Positions 1-8,253 of a DNA stretch of 13,213 bases are shown one piece after another. The first letter of the stretch is position 1; every line of letters starts with the position of its first letter. Both the position numbers and the translations under genes were made by a program. Below the pieces are notes generated by a model, which saw nothing but the letters and a program-made list of their open reading frames with translations, was not told where the DNA came from and ran no database searches. Origin of the DNA: Cyanobacteria bacterium P01_D01_bin.156 (GTDB taxonomy: Bacteria > Cyanobacteriota > Cyanobacteriia > Phormidesmidales > Phormidesmidaceae); the NCBI GenBank assembly GCA_039024555.1, contig JBCCQQ010000102.1, positions 1 to 13,213 on the forward strand, given 5' to 3'.

Positions 1-201
1 CAGCGGCTGGCCTTTATGCGCCAGGGCAAACTCTGGGCCATTGGGGCCGTGGCCAACACCCTTACCCCTGAGGTAATCAATCAAGTATTCGATGTAGAAG
101 TGGCGATTTTGGATACCCCCGTGGGGCTTCAGATTTGTCCTGTAGCTGCGTCTTCACCTATCCCACCTGCTGTTGGATTAACCGAAGAAGCCATAGTTTA
201 G
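1..201 (+). CDS. 3' end of an iron-complex/heme ABC transporter ATP-binding protein (FecE/HmuV family), 5'-truncated by the window
   Basis: Frame is open from base 1: QRLAFMRQGKLWAIGAVANTLTPEVINQVFDVEVAILDTPVGLQICP. This resembles the typical FecE C-terminus (R-I-x-x-M-x-x-G ... G ... LT-x-E-x-I-x-x-VF). It lies directly upstream of a TonB-dependent receptor. Confidence 0.85.
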   Translation, partial: QRLAFMRQGKLWAIGAVANTLTPEVINQVFDVEVAILDTPVGLQICPVAASSPIPPAVGLTEEAIV

Positions 202-223
202 GGCTAACTCTGCTAGTTCAACA

Positions 224-2629
224 GTGTTTACATTTCACCCAATTACGTGTTCCTTAATTGATTTTTCCAGGATGAACATCACCCGATTATTGCGAATTTT
301 TCTTTTCAGTACTCCTTGTTTTGCTTTACTGATGGCAGCTCCTGCCATAGCTTCTGGGCAAAATGAAGCTTGTATAGAGGGTGCGATCGCTTGTGAAGAA
401 GACCTGCAGGTAGAACCGCCGCCCGAGGCCCCGTTCTTAGCTCAGGATGCACCTGAGGATACTGAAGAAGAGGACACCGAGGACGATGGTTTGTTGCGCA
501 TTACCGTCACCGGTACCCGTACTCCGCGCCCCATTCAAACAGCGCCAGTTACCGTGGATGTAATTGATGCCGATGATGTCAATCGCCTGTTGATTCGCGA
601 TATCTCTGACCTTACTCGCTATGAGCCTGGGGTCTCTGTTAACAACAATCTTCAGTTTGGTCTCCAGGGTTTTAATATTCGAGGAATTGACGGTAATCGA
701 GTATTGATTCAAGTGGACGATATTCGTTTACCCTCAGCCTTTCAATCCGGTGATAGGGTCACCGTGGGTCAGGGCTTTAATGTCGGTCGAGATTATTTTG
801 ATACTGAAATTTTGCAAACGGCTGAGATCTTGCGAGGTCCTGCCTCAACGCTCTATGGCAGTGATGCCTTAGGTGGAGCGGTCAGCTATTTCACCCTAGA
901 TCCGACAGCGCTAATTGATGCCGTTGGGCGTGATTCGGCTGCCACTGGGTCTACAAATTTTGATAGTCGTAACTCAGGTTTTACCAGTACCCTTGTGCAA
1001 GTAAATCGCTTTGACAATATTGATACACTACTGGCCTATTCTCGGCGGGATAGCTCCGAAGCGGAAAATCTTGGCGATGATCAAGATAGCGATCGCAACA
1101 GCGTGCTCGGTAAGCTAGTTTACAACCTTGATGACAGCAGCTCTTTTGACTTCACCCTAGAGCATTTTGACAATGATACAGACACGACAACATCTGAGGA
1201 AAATCTACCTTTAATTACAGGCACCACCACTAGCTTTGAAGAGGAGATCGATATAACCCGAACTCGTTTGAGTTTGGCTTACAACTATGACAATTCTGAA
1301 AGCTCTTCTTTAATTGATGCGGCCCAGGCGCGAATTTATTTTCAGGATTCGCGCACCCAGGAGGAAAACGAACGGGAACTTGTTGCCTTTGACTTCGCTA
1401 CCCGTCAGGCATTTCCAGCTCTACGGCTCAGTGAAAACCTGTTTGTGGATCAGGTCTTTGGGGGAGATGTTCAACTGCGTAGCGATTTTGATTGGGGTCA
1501 GAGCAACCATCGGCTTATTTATGGTGTAGATGTTTCCAATACGTTTAATGCGCGTCCTCGAGATCGAGTCCAAACTAACCTAATTACCCGAACCTCCACC
1601 CAAGATGCTATTCCAGACGATTTCCCTACCCGAGATTATCCCAACACAGATACCTTGAGAGTTGGGGTGTATCTTCAGGATGAAATTTCCTTAGGAGATG
1701 GCAAATTTAATATTATTCCGGGTCTGCGCTATGACTATTACGATTTGAATGCTCAACCAGACGAAGACTTTAGTCGAAACGGAGCCACAGCCGCTGATTT
1801 TAGCGACAGTTCTTTTTCTCCTAACCTGGCCCTGGTGTATCAGCCCACAGATCAGCTAAGTTTTTATGGTCGCTATTCCCGTGGTTTTCGTGCGCCGCAA
1901 TATGACGAAATTAACAGCGGCTTTACCAACCAAATCTTTGGCTATCGTACTGAGCCCAACCCCGATTTAGAAGCAGAAACCAGCAACAGCTTTGAAGTGG
2001 GCATGCGGGGTAACTTTTCCAGGTTCAACTTTAGTTTGGCCGGTTTTTACAACCGCTACAACGACTTTATTGACAATCAGCTGATCGATACCGAATTTGT
2101 TGGTGGTCGTCCCTTCTCCGTGTTTCAAAATGTCAACATTGATGATGTAGAAACCTACGGTATTGAGGCTAAAGCGGAGTATCAGTTTAGTCCTGACCCA
2201 GGCGGCTTTAGCCTGTTGGGTGCACTCTCTTGGACCGAGGGCAACAATCTTACTGACGATATTCCCCTATCTACCGTTGATCCTATCGAAGCGGTGTTAG
2301 GTCTGCGGTATCAGGCACCCGATGCTCGTTGGGGGGCTGAGTTAGTTAGTACCTTGGTAGGCGAAGCCCGAGGAGAAGGGTTTGACCCAGAGGCTGATCA
2401 AGATCCCTTTGTACCGGATGGCTTCTCGGTGTTTGATCTAATTGGTTATTACCAGGTGAATCCTAATCTTACGTTGAATTTAGGGCTATTCAACTTGTTT
2501 GATACTGACTATGAACGCTATTCGGACGTACGCTTTTTAGATAGTAATGACAGTCTGTTTGATCTGCGGCGAGCTCGTTTTGAACAGCCGGGATTACATG
2601 TGCAGGCAGGCGTTACCTGGCAGTTTTAG
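224..2629 (+). CDS. TonB-dependent outer-membrane receptor, heme/hemoglobin family (HutA/PhuR-like)
   Basis: Signal peptide, acidic linker, TonB-box-like ITVTGTRT, plug motifs (FNIRGIDGNRVLIQVD, EILRGPASTLYGSDALGG), FRAP and NPDL motifs, NLFD motif and C-terminal Phe. The start may be ATG 272 rather than GTG 224. Confidence 0.93.
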   Translation: MFTFHPITCSLIDFSRMNITRLLRIFLFSTPCFALLMAAPAIASGQNEACIEGAIACEEDLQVEPPPEAPFLAQDAPEDTEEEDTEDDGLLRITVTGTRTPRPIQTAPVTVDVIDADDVNRLLIRDISDLTRYEPGVSVNNNLQFGLQGFNIRGIDGNRVLIQVDDIRLPSAFQSGDRVTVGQGFNVGRDYFDTEILQTAEILRGPASTLYGSDALGGAVSYFTLDPTALIDAVGRDSAATGSTNFDSRNSGFTSTLVQVNRFDNIDTLLAYSRRDSSEAENLGDDQDSDRNSVLGKLVYNLDDSSSFDFTLEHFDNDTDTTTSEENLPLITGTTTSFEEEIDITRTRLSLAYNYDNSESSSLIDAAQARIYFQDSRTQEENERELVAFDFATRQAFPALRLSENLFVDQVFGGDVQLRSDFDWGQSNHRLIYGVDVSNTFNARPRDRVQTNLITRTSTQDAIPDDFPTRDYPNTDTLRVGVYLQDEISLGDGKFNIIPGLRYDYYDLNAQPDEDFSRNGATAADFSDSSFSPNLALVYQPTDQLSFYGRYSRGFRAPQYDEINSGFTNQIFGYRTEPNPDLEAETSNSFEVGMRGNFSRFNFSLAGFYNRYNDFIDNQLIDTEFVGGRPFSVFQNVNIDDVETYGIEAKAEYQFSPDPGGFSLLGALSWTEGNNLTDDIPLSTVDPIEAVLGLRYQAPDARWGAELVSTLVGEARGEGFDPEADQDPFVPDGFSVFDLIGYYQVNPNLTLNLGLFNLFDTDYERYSDVRFLDSNDSLFDLRRARFEQPGLHVQAGVTWQF
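383..390. repeat. HIP1 octamer GCGATCGC (also at 1089-1096 and 3814-3821)
   Basis: Three exact copies in the first 4 kb. HIP1 is over-represented in most cyanobacterial genomes. Confidence 0.7.
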
Positions 2630-2833
2630 CGTTTGTAGCGTTTTAAGAACAAGACATAATAGGGTAATCTCTTGTGGTTGCCCTGACAAGCATCGGGAAT
2701 GTGTCTTGCACTTAAAAAATTGTCACTATCCTCCTTGGGCTCAAAGTCGTAACGCTACAGTGCACGTAGCCTTTTATCCAGTGGTCTAAAAGGGCCATTG
2801 TCGCTGTGGTTAGTCTCCCTACCCTTTGCAAAC

Positions 2834-3253
2834 CTATTGCTCTGTGGCAGGTTTAGGAACGGTTGCTATCCCCAAACTTGCATTCTCAATAGTCCTTAGT
2901 GTATCCATCACGGTAATCACGTTACCGTGATACGTTTGCTCGTCTGCTTTAATGGTAATCAATGCTTTTTGATCCGGTTCAATCTGCTCGACAATTCGCT
3001 GGCGTAGATTGTCTTCTGTAACAGATAGTTTATCTAGAAAGAGACTACCGTCTGGCTCAATGGTAACGGTAAAATCAGCAGGCTCTTGAGGCTTGGATGT
3101 GTCGGTTTTGGGTAAGTTGACCGGTAGTCCTTCCGTGCGAGTTAGGAAAAGGGTTGAAACGATGAAAAATGCAAGAATTGCAAAAATCACATCGATCATC
3201 GGCAAAATATTAATCTCAAACTCGTCGCCATGATCGTTATCTAGGATGCGCAT
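2834..3253 (-). CDS. exbD: Biopolymer transport protein ExbD
   Basis: EINILPMIDVIFAILAFFIV transmembrane motif with the conserved Asp, VNLP, and IKAD...HGNVITVMD. Overlaps the end of exbB. Confidence 0.95.
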   Translation of the reverse strand: MRILDNDHGDEFEINILPMIDVIFAILAFFIVSTLFLTRTEGLPVNLPKTDTSKPQEPADFTVTIEPDGSLFLDKLSVTEDNLRQRIVEQIEPDQKALITIKADEQTYHGNVITVMDTLRTIENASLGIATVPKPATEQ

Positions 3254-3890
3254 ACTCGGGAGTTCCTACCTTATGGCTGTAGTGATTTTCGTACAGTAGT
3301 TCGAGCTGACCACCGTTTTCTTGTAAAAGAGCAATCTGCCGCTTGTAGAGACCGCGAAACAGATTAGCAAATAGCAAAGTAAAAATTGCGACAACCATGC
3401 CTGCTGCGGTTGAAACTAACGCCTCACTGATACCACCAGTGACGGCTTCAGCATTGGAGCCAATGCCACCAATTTCAATTGCATCAAATGAATGAATGAG
3501 TCCCAAAATAGTCCCAAGCAGCCCCAGCAGTGGTGAAACTGTAATTATTGTCTGAAAGACAGTATTGAATCGCTTGAGGATTGGTAACTCCGCTTGAGTA
3601 GCGCTTTCTAGAGCTAAACGAAATTGGCTAGGAGACGCATTTTCAATCTCTAGCGCTTCAAGAAAAATACGAGATATGGGTAAGTGAATACTTTGTCTGA
3701 GGATGGCAAACACATCCATCGGTGTGTGACGGTAGGTTGCCAAAATCTTTTTGACGACCTGGCGCTGACGGCGATTGATGCGGCTCCAGAATACAACACG
3801 CTCAACGGAGAGTGCGATCGCAATCAGAGAGAACAATGCCAAGGGCCACATGACAATGCCCCCTGCCTGAAAAATTTCCATAAACGACAT
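3237..3890 (-). CDS. exbB: MotA/TolQ/ExbB proton channel protein ExbB
   Basis: GGIVMWPL, ERVVFW, SPLLGLLGTILGLI and GGISEALVSTAAG motifs. Confidence 0.95.
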   Translation of the reverse strand: MSFMEIFQAGGIVMWPLALFSLIAIALSVERVVFWSRINRRQRQVVKKILATYRHTPMDVFAILRQSIHLPISRIFLEALEIENASPSQFRLALESATQAELPILKRFNTVFQTIITVSPLLGLLGTILGLIHSFDAIEIGGIGSNAEAVTGGISEALVSTAAGMVVAIFTLLFANLFRGLYKRQIALLQENGGQLELLYENHYSHKVGTPEYAHPR

Positions 3891-4077
3891 AGCAGTAGCT
3901 CCTTCAAGGCTTAACCCGACAACCTAGAACAACTGTGTATGTTCTGACAATGACATCCTGAAGTGGCCATAGGTGATGTCAGAGAAGCAGCACCTCATCC
4001 AACTAGTGGCAGTATGTCCTAGCTCAAATCATACAAGGGATCAGCGGCTCATGTTTTAATAATTATCCATTTATTAA

Positions 4078-4092
4078 TGATATTGAATGTCA
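4078..4092. promoter_or_regulatory. Putative Fur box in the exbB/tonB divergent promoter region
   Basis: TGATATTGAATGTCA matches the 7-1-7 form TGATAATnATTATCA at 11 of 14 positions. It sits in an AT-rich intergenic region between iron-uptake genes. A weaker Fur-like tract lies near 4205-4238. Confidence 0.5.
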
Positions 4093-4301
4093 TATATGAA
4101 TCTAATTTAGAACGTATATAAAAGATAATGCACCGCTTAAAACAGCTGAACTACCTTACTAAAGGTTCAAAATTCTAGATTCTAAATGCTTTGAATGCAA
4201 TATTAGTTAGTCAATTCTTATTTAAATTTTTTCTCAATAGATATAGACTAGTGCATGTACCCCGTCGCCGCTATTACCAATAGCCCACAAATTGCTTTTG
4301 T

Positions 4302-5849
4302 ATGGCGCTTTCCCAGACATGCATTGAACAGCACAGCAAGGAAGACTCGATCTCTCGCAGATGGGCTAAGTGTGGGCTGCTCTGTGCTGCCGGTTTACAT
4401 GCTGGATTGATTTCTTTGTTAGCCCTAAGCCCAACTCCCGAGAAGCAAGAGCGTATTGAGTTAATCGTTATGGCCTCTAGTCAGACAAGTGCTCTGGCAG
4501 AACCCCAGCTATTGGAGCAAGCGGAAGAACCGACACCCGTACCTGAGCAGTGGCCACCTCAAAGTCAACAACTGGAAGAGCCGCAAAATAATCCACCCCA
4601 ACTGTTGAAAGAATCGGAAGACCCCGATTCTAAAGAAGAGTCAAAAGAGCCAGAAGCAGCTGAAGACTCGAAAGAACTAGATGCGGCTGAGGAGCTTCAA
4701 GAGCCGGAGGTTACGGAGAATTCAAAAACATCAGAAGTGGCTGAAGAACCTGAAGCATCCGATGTTTCAGAAGACATTTCAGAAGAACCGGAAGACTTCA
4801 CATCTGAAGCTGTGGAAACGGCTGAAAATCTCCCAGCAGCAGCACCAGTCTCAAATAGCGCACCTCCTATTCGGGTGGCCACCAACTCTGCCCCTAGTCT
4901 GGCCATTCCGCTAAATATTGGTCCAAGGGCAAGCGTCCCAGGTACGAATGAGACCAGTGACTCTAGCTCAGAAGACACCGATTCCAAAAACGCTAACCCA
5001 GGGGACAATTCTCAAAATCAGCCAGAAGCACGCCCACAAGAGCCCACAAGAGCTAACTCACGCCGTAGTCAATTTGGCTGTCGTAACTGCATTAGACCCG
5101 ATTACCCTGAAGCGGCTTTAGATGAAGCAGCGGAAGGAGAACCTCAAATTGAGTTTGAGGTCGATCAAGACGGTAATGTTATTAGTGCCCGTCTGGCTCA
5201 GTCCAGCGGCAGCCCAGCATTGGACCAAGCTGCATTAGACGCTATTAGACAGTCCACCTTTACCGCAGGGGGGCAGGGCCGTTCTCGAACCATCGCTGTG
5301 GATTTTTCCATTGAGGGCACCCAACGAAATCGGACGGCGCGGCAACGGGGTGAACGACCCACCATCGAAGAAACCGCAACGGCAGAACCAGCATCTGCTA
5401 ACAATGGAACCGCAGCCACCGCAACCCCTGCACCAGTGGAAAATACAACCACAGTTCCTGCAGCTAAGCCTGCCCCAGATACTGATGGCACAGACATTGA
5501 ACAACAACCTGAAACACCAACAACAGCTGAGAATCTTAGTGAGAGCAGCGAGGACGATGAAATTGCCGATACGCAAGAGCAAACACCATCTTCCGCATCG
5601 CCAGAACCAGTGACGGATACTCCTCATCCTGAACCATTAGAGACACCGCCTTCTCCAAATTCGCAGGTTTCAGCAGAGCCCCAGCCAAGTACCCCAGCGG
5701 TTCCAGCTTCCCAGACGGAGATACCTCCAATTCCTCAGACAGTTACAACACCCGAGCCAGCTACAGTACAGGAATCACCCGTACAAGTAGCTCCACAGCC
5801 TGTTCTCGATAATCTTTCCCCTGTTGACGAATCTGTTCCCGGAAGCTAG
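4302..5849 (+). CDS. tonB: Energy transducer TonB with a long C-terminal Pro/Glu/Thr-rich extension
   Basis: N-terminal TM helix with the conserved His (AAGLHAGLI), an acidic/Pro-rich spacer, and a TonB_C domain (PDYPEAA...GEPQIEFEVDQDGNVISARLAQSSGSPALDQAALDAIRQSTF). Divergent from exbBD. Confidence 0.9.
   Translation: MALSQTCIEQHSKEDSISRRWAKCGLLCAAGLHAGLISLLALSPTPEKQERIELIVMASSQTSALAEPQLLEQAEEPTPVPEQWPPQSQQLEEPQNNPPQLLKESEDPDSKEESKEPEAAEDSKELDAAEELQEPEVTENSKTSEVAEEPEASDVSEDISEEPEDFTSEAVETAENLPAAAPVSNSAPPIRVATNSAPSLAIPLNIGPRASVPGTNETSDSSSEDTDSKNANPGDNSQNQPEARPQEPTRANSRRSQFGCRNCIRPDYPEAALDEAAEGEPQIEFEVDQDGNVISARLAQSSGSPALDQAALDAIRQSTFTAGGQGRSRTIAVDFSIEGTQRNRTARQRGERPTIEETATAEPASANNGTAATATPAPVENTTTVPAAKPAPDTDGTDIEQQPETPTTAENLSESSEDDEIADTQEQTPSSASPEPVTDTPHPEPLETPPSPNSQVSAEPQPSTPAVPASQTEIPPIPQTVTTPEPATVQESPVQVAPQPVLDNLSPVDESVPGS
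4635..4769 (+). repeat. Degenerate 27-bp (9-aa) in-frame tandem repeat in the tonB spacer, about 5 copies
   Basis: EESKEPEAA / EDSKELDAA / EELQEPEVT / ENSKTSEVA / EEPEASDVS. The first two DNA units are gaagagtcaaaagagccagaagcagct and gaagactcgaaagaactagatgcggct. Confidence 0.6.
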
Positions 5850-5896
5850 TTAGCTGTTTAAAGAAGAACGTTCTTTGTATTCTCTAACCCATCGCA

Positions 5897-6787
5897 ATGA
5901 ATAGCCATCAACCTTTAAAAATGGTTCCTTATACCCGCAACGTATTTTTGGGCTTGGGCCTTGTAGTAAGCCTAAGCGCCTGCAGCTTTGGTGCATCAGA
6001 TCCGATTTCAACAGAGACTGTACTGTCTGAAACGCCACCTGACAAGATTGTAGCTCTTACTTCCATTAGTGCTGACATTGTTGAGACTTTGGCCGCTGAT
6101 ACTCTGGTCGGTATTCCTGGCAGTCCCCTTCTAACCAACGATCCACGATTTAAAGGACTGACGACGGTGAGCAGTGGACGCACCGAACCCGATTTAGAAA
6201 AAATTGTGGCATTAAAACCAGATTTGGTGATTGGAGCTGCCGGTTTTCATGATAAGACCCTAGAGCGACTGGCTGATTTAGACATTGATGTTCTATCAAT
6301 AGAGGTCAACAGTTGGGCGAGTCTTAAAACTATCACCCAAACCTTAGCCACCCAGCTAAATGTTGACGCAGCTCCATTAGTCGAGCGCTATGATGCCTGT
6401 CTTGCCAAAGCGCCTGAGCAAGGCCCTACAGCTTTGGTGCTGGCCAGCCGAGAGCCTTTACTATCGCCAAATAAGCAAAGCTGGGCCGGAGACTTTCTAG
6501 AAAAGTTTAATGTTCAAAATATAACCGCTGACATCCAAGGTCAAAGTGAATTTCAGGGCTACATCACCCTTTCTCCTGAAAAAGTGTTGGAATTGGACCC
6601 ACAGCAGCTACTGTTTGTTGACACTACCGACACTGTTGCAACAGAAATTAGCGAGCTAAAGACCGATCCATTTTGGGGCCAGCTAACGGCTGTAAAATCG
6701 GACCAAGTGTATGGCTTTGACTATCATGGTTTGATTAACCCTGGGAGCATCCAGAGTGTTGAGCAGGTGTGTGAAGCCCTTAGCTAA
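5897..6787 (+). CDS. Iron-complex/heme ABC transporter substrate-binding lipoprotein (FecB/HutB-like, Peripla_BP_2)
   Basis: Lipobox SLSAC, KIVALT, PDLEKIVALKPDLVIG, LSPEKVLELDP and DPFWGQLTAVKSDQVY motifs. The start could be a few codons downstream. Confidence 0.92.
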   Translation: MNSHQPLKMVPYTRNVFLGLGLVVSLSACSFGASDPISTETVLSETPPDKIVALTSISADIVETLAADTLVGIPGSPLLTNDPRFKGLTTVSSGRTEPDLEKIVALKPDLVIGAAGFHDKTLERLADLDIDVLSIEVNSWASLKTITQTLATQLNVDAAPLVERYDACLAKAPEQGPTALVLASREPLLSPNKQSWAGDFLEKFNVQNITADIQGQSEFQGYITLSPEKVLELDPQQLLFVDTTDTVATEISELKTDPFWGQLTAVKSDQVYGFDYHGLINPGSIQSVEQVCEALS

Positions 6788-6807
6788 CAATAGAAGCACT
6801 CGAAATA

Positions 6808-6936
6808 TATCGCTCGCTGGTAGTCCTATAGGTGTAAGGATGCGTTGTTACGCTCGCAAAGTCTACAAGGTATTGAATCACTGCGAGCAGTATAACTAAT
6901 CAACTTGGAATTAATGACCAAGTTTATCGAGCGATA
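6808..6936. repeat. Nested imperfect inverted repeats between convergent genes (possible terminator or decayed recombination site)
   Basis: TATCGCTCG (6808-6816) pairs with CGAGCGATA (6928-6936). GCTCGCA (6852-6858) pairs with TGCGAGC (6882-6888). Both pairs are centred near 6871. Confidence 0.4.
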
Positions 6937-7026
6937 GCGAACAATTTATAAAAATAACGAGCGAGCTGCTCACTGCGTTGGTGCAGTTCCTGATTATGCA
7001 GTTGTCACTCAGTTTCGGAAACAGTT

Positions 7027-7890
7027 CTAATTCTTCCATAGCGCATTTGCCAATGCCCCAGAGATGATTAATGTACCGCCTATTAACGTCCACAGAGTAG
7101 GCACTTCACTAAAAAATACAACGCCAAGGATGGCGGAAAAAATAACCTGTATGTAGGAATACGATGTCACTTTACCAGCCTTTTCTGCTGCCATCGCTTT
7201 AGTGAGTCCAACTTGCCCTATCTGGGTAAACACACCAACCAATAGCAATAACAGAAGTTCGTTAACGTCTGGAAAAACAAAGTTATTGCCAAGTAAAAGC
7301 AGTGAAATGGGAAGTGCAATAAGAGGAAAATAAAAAATAATAACGGAGCTGTCTTCTGTCTGACTTAAACGTCGCACGATCACATAGGCCACTGCGCTGC
7401 CAAATGCACCTATCAACGCTGCCATTACACTCAGTGGCGGCAGTCCCAACATTTCGCCACTGGTTCCAGGACGTACCATAACTATCAGGCCAACAAAACT
7501 TAGGATGATACAGAGCACTGTTGAGCGCTTTACTGACTCACCTAGAAAAAACAAGGCCAGAATAGCGGTAAAGGCAGGATGCGTATATTGGAACACTGTT
7601 GCATCCGCTAGTGGAAGTGTGGAAACTGCATAGTAAATGCAGACTAACGCCAATGTCCCTACAGTACCCCTGGCAACTAACAGGAGATGATTATGTCCCC
7701 ATACAGAGAGACCCTTACGCTTTATGTCTAAATAGCTAAGCAACAAAGACACTGATGCCCGTGCAGCAATAATCTCTAATACGGGAATGCCATAACCTGC
7801 CACAGTTTTTACACAGGTCGACATCATTGCAAAACCTAATGCTGACAGCAAGATATAACGGATGGCAACAGGAATTGTGCTTAGAGTCAT
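7027..7890 (-). CDS. DMT/EamA family transporter, probable last cassette gene
   Basis: About 10 hydrophobic segments in two EamA repeats (YYAVSTLPLADATVFQYTHPAFTAILALFFLGE; YIQVIFSAILGVVFFSEVPT). Follows the attC-like site at 8103 in array orientation. Confidence 0.92.
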   Translation of the reverse strand: MTLSTIPVAIRYILLSALGFAMMSTCVKTVAGYGIPVLEIIAARASVSLLLSYLDIKRKGLSVWGHNHLLLVARGTVGTLALVCIYYAVSTLPLADATVFQYTHPAFTAILALFFLGESVKRSTVLCIILSFVGLIVMVRPGTSGEMLGLPPLSVMAALIGAFGSAVAYVIVRRLSQTEDSSVIIFYFPLIALPISLLLLGNNFVFPDVNELLLLLLVGVFTQIGQVGLTKAMAAEKAGKVTSYSYIQVIFSAILGVVFFSEVPTLWTLIGGTLIISGALANALWKN

Positions 7891-8102
7891 TAATCAACGG
7901 TCTTAAGAAAAAGGAAGTTGCATCTTAGCAGATATTCCAATTACTCTCGCCTAAAGTTGGCAATGTCGCCCATGGTTTTTCTTGGCAATATAGACGACTT
8001 AGACTTGCAACCGTTACTACAACAGTCTAAAAAAACAAATGCTTGTCTACATAGATACAGGCGATTTCATTAGTAGCTAGTGACGTCGCACTACTGTTTG
8101 CC

Positions 8103-8188
8103 GCGTAACGTTTCTGGTTAGCGTTTACCAAGACTTTTATACCCAACTTAAGTAGTTTCAATCAATCCGCTGCACCAGAGTATTCTGG
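8103..8188 (-). other. Degenerate attC site
   Basis: Minus strand: R'' CCAGAAT (AAC lost), 5 bp, L'' GGTGCAGC ... L' GCTAACC, 6 bp, R' GTTACGC. On the plus strand TCTGGTTAGCG pairs imperfectly with CGCTGCACCAGA, which carries one extra base. Length 86 bp, about 65 bp after the stop at 8254. Confidence 0.7.
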
Positions 8189-8253
8189 TGTGTGAAATTC
8201 TGGCTAAAAATTAATATAGAAGTTACATCAGTCACATCTCCAGCAACTGCAGT

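Noticed and set aside
2650..2775. Hairpins between the receptor and exbD (AGGGTAATC/GGTTGCCCT at 2661-2684; GCTAC/GTAGC followed by CTTTT at 2754-2775)
   Set aside because: Plausible terminators or stabilising stems, but they are short or lack a clear U-tract, so they are not called.
2547..2789. 80-aa ORF overlapping the receptor 3' end
   Set aside because: Overlaps a strong gene, has no motifs, and runs through an intergenic region with hairpins.
4681..5730. Several alternative-frame and antisense ORFs inside tonB
   Set aside because: Shadow ORFs of a low-complexity, stop-poor coding region, with no recognisable motifs.
6911..7093. 60-aa minus-strand ORF overlapping the DMT 3' end
   Set aside because: Overlaps the DMT gene out of frame and has no recognisable features.
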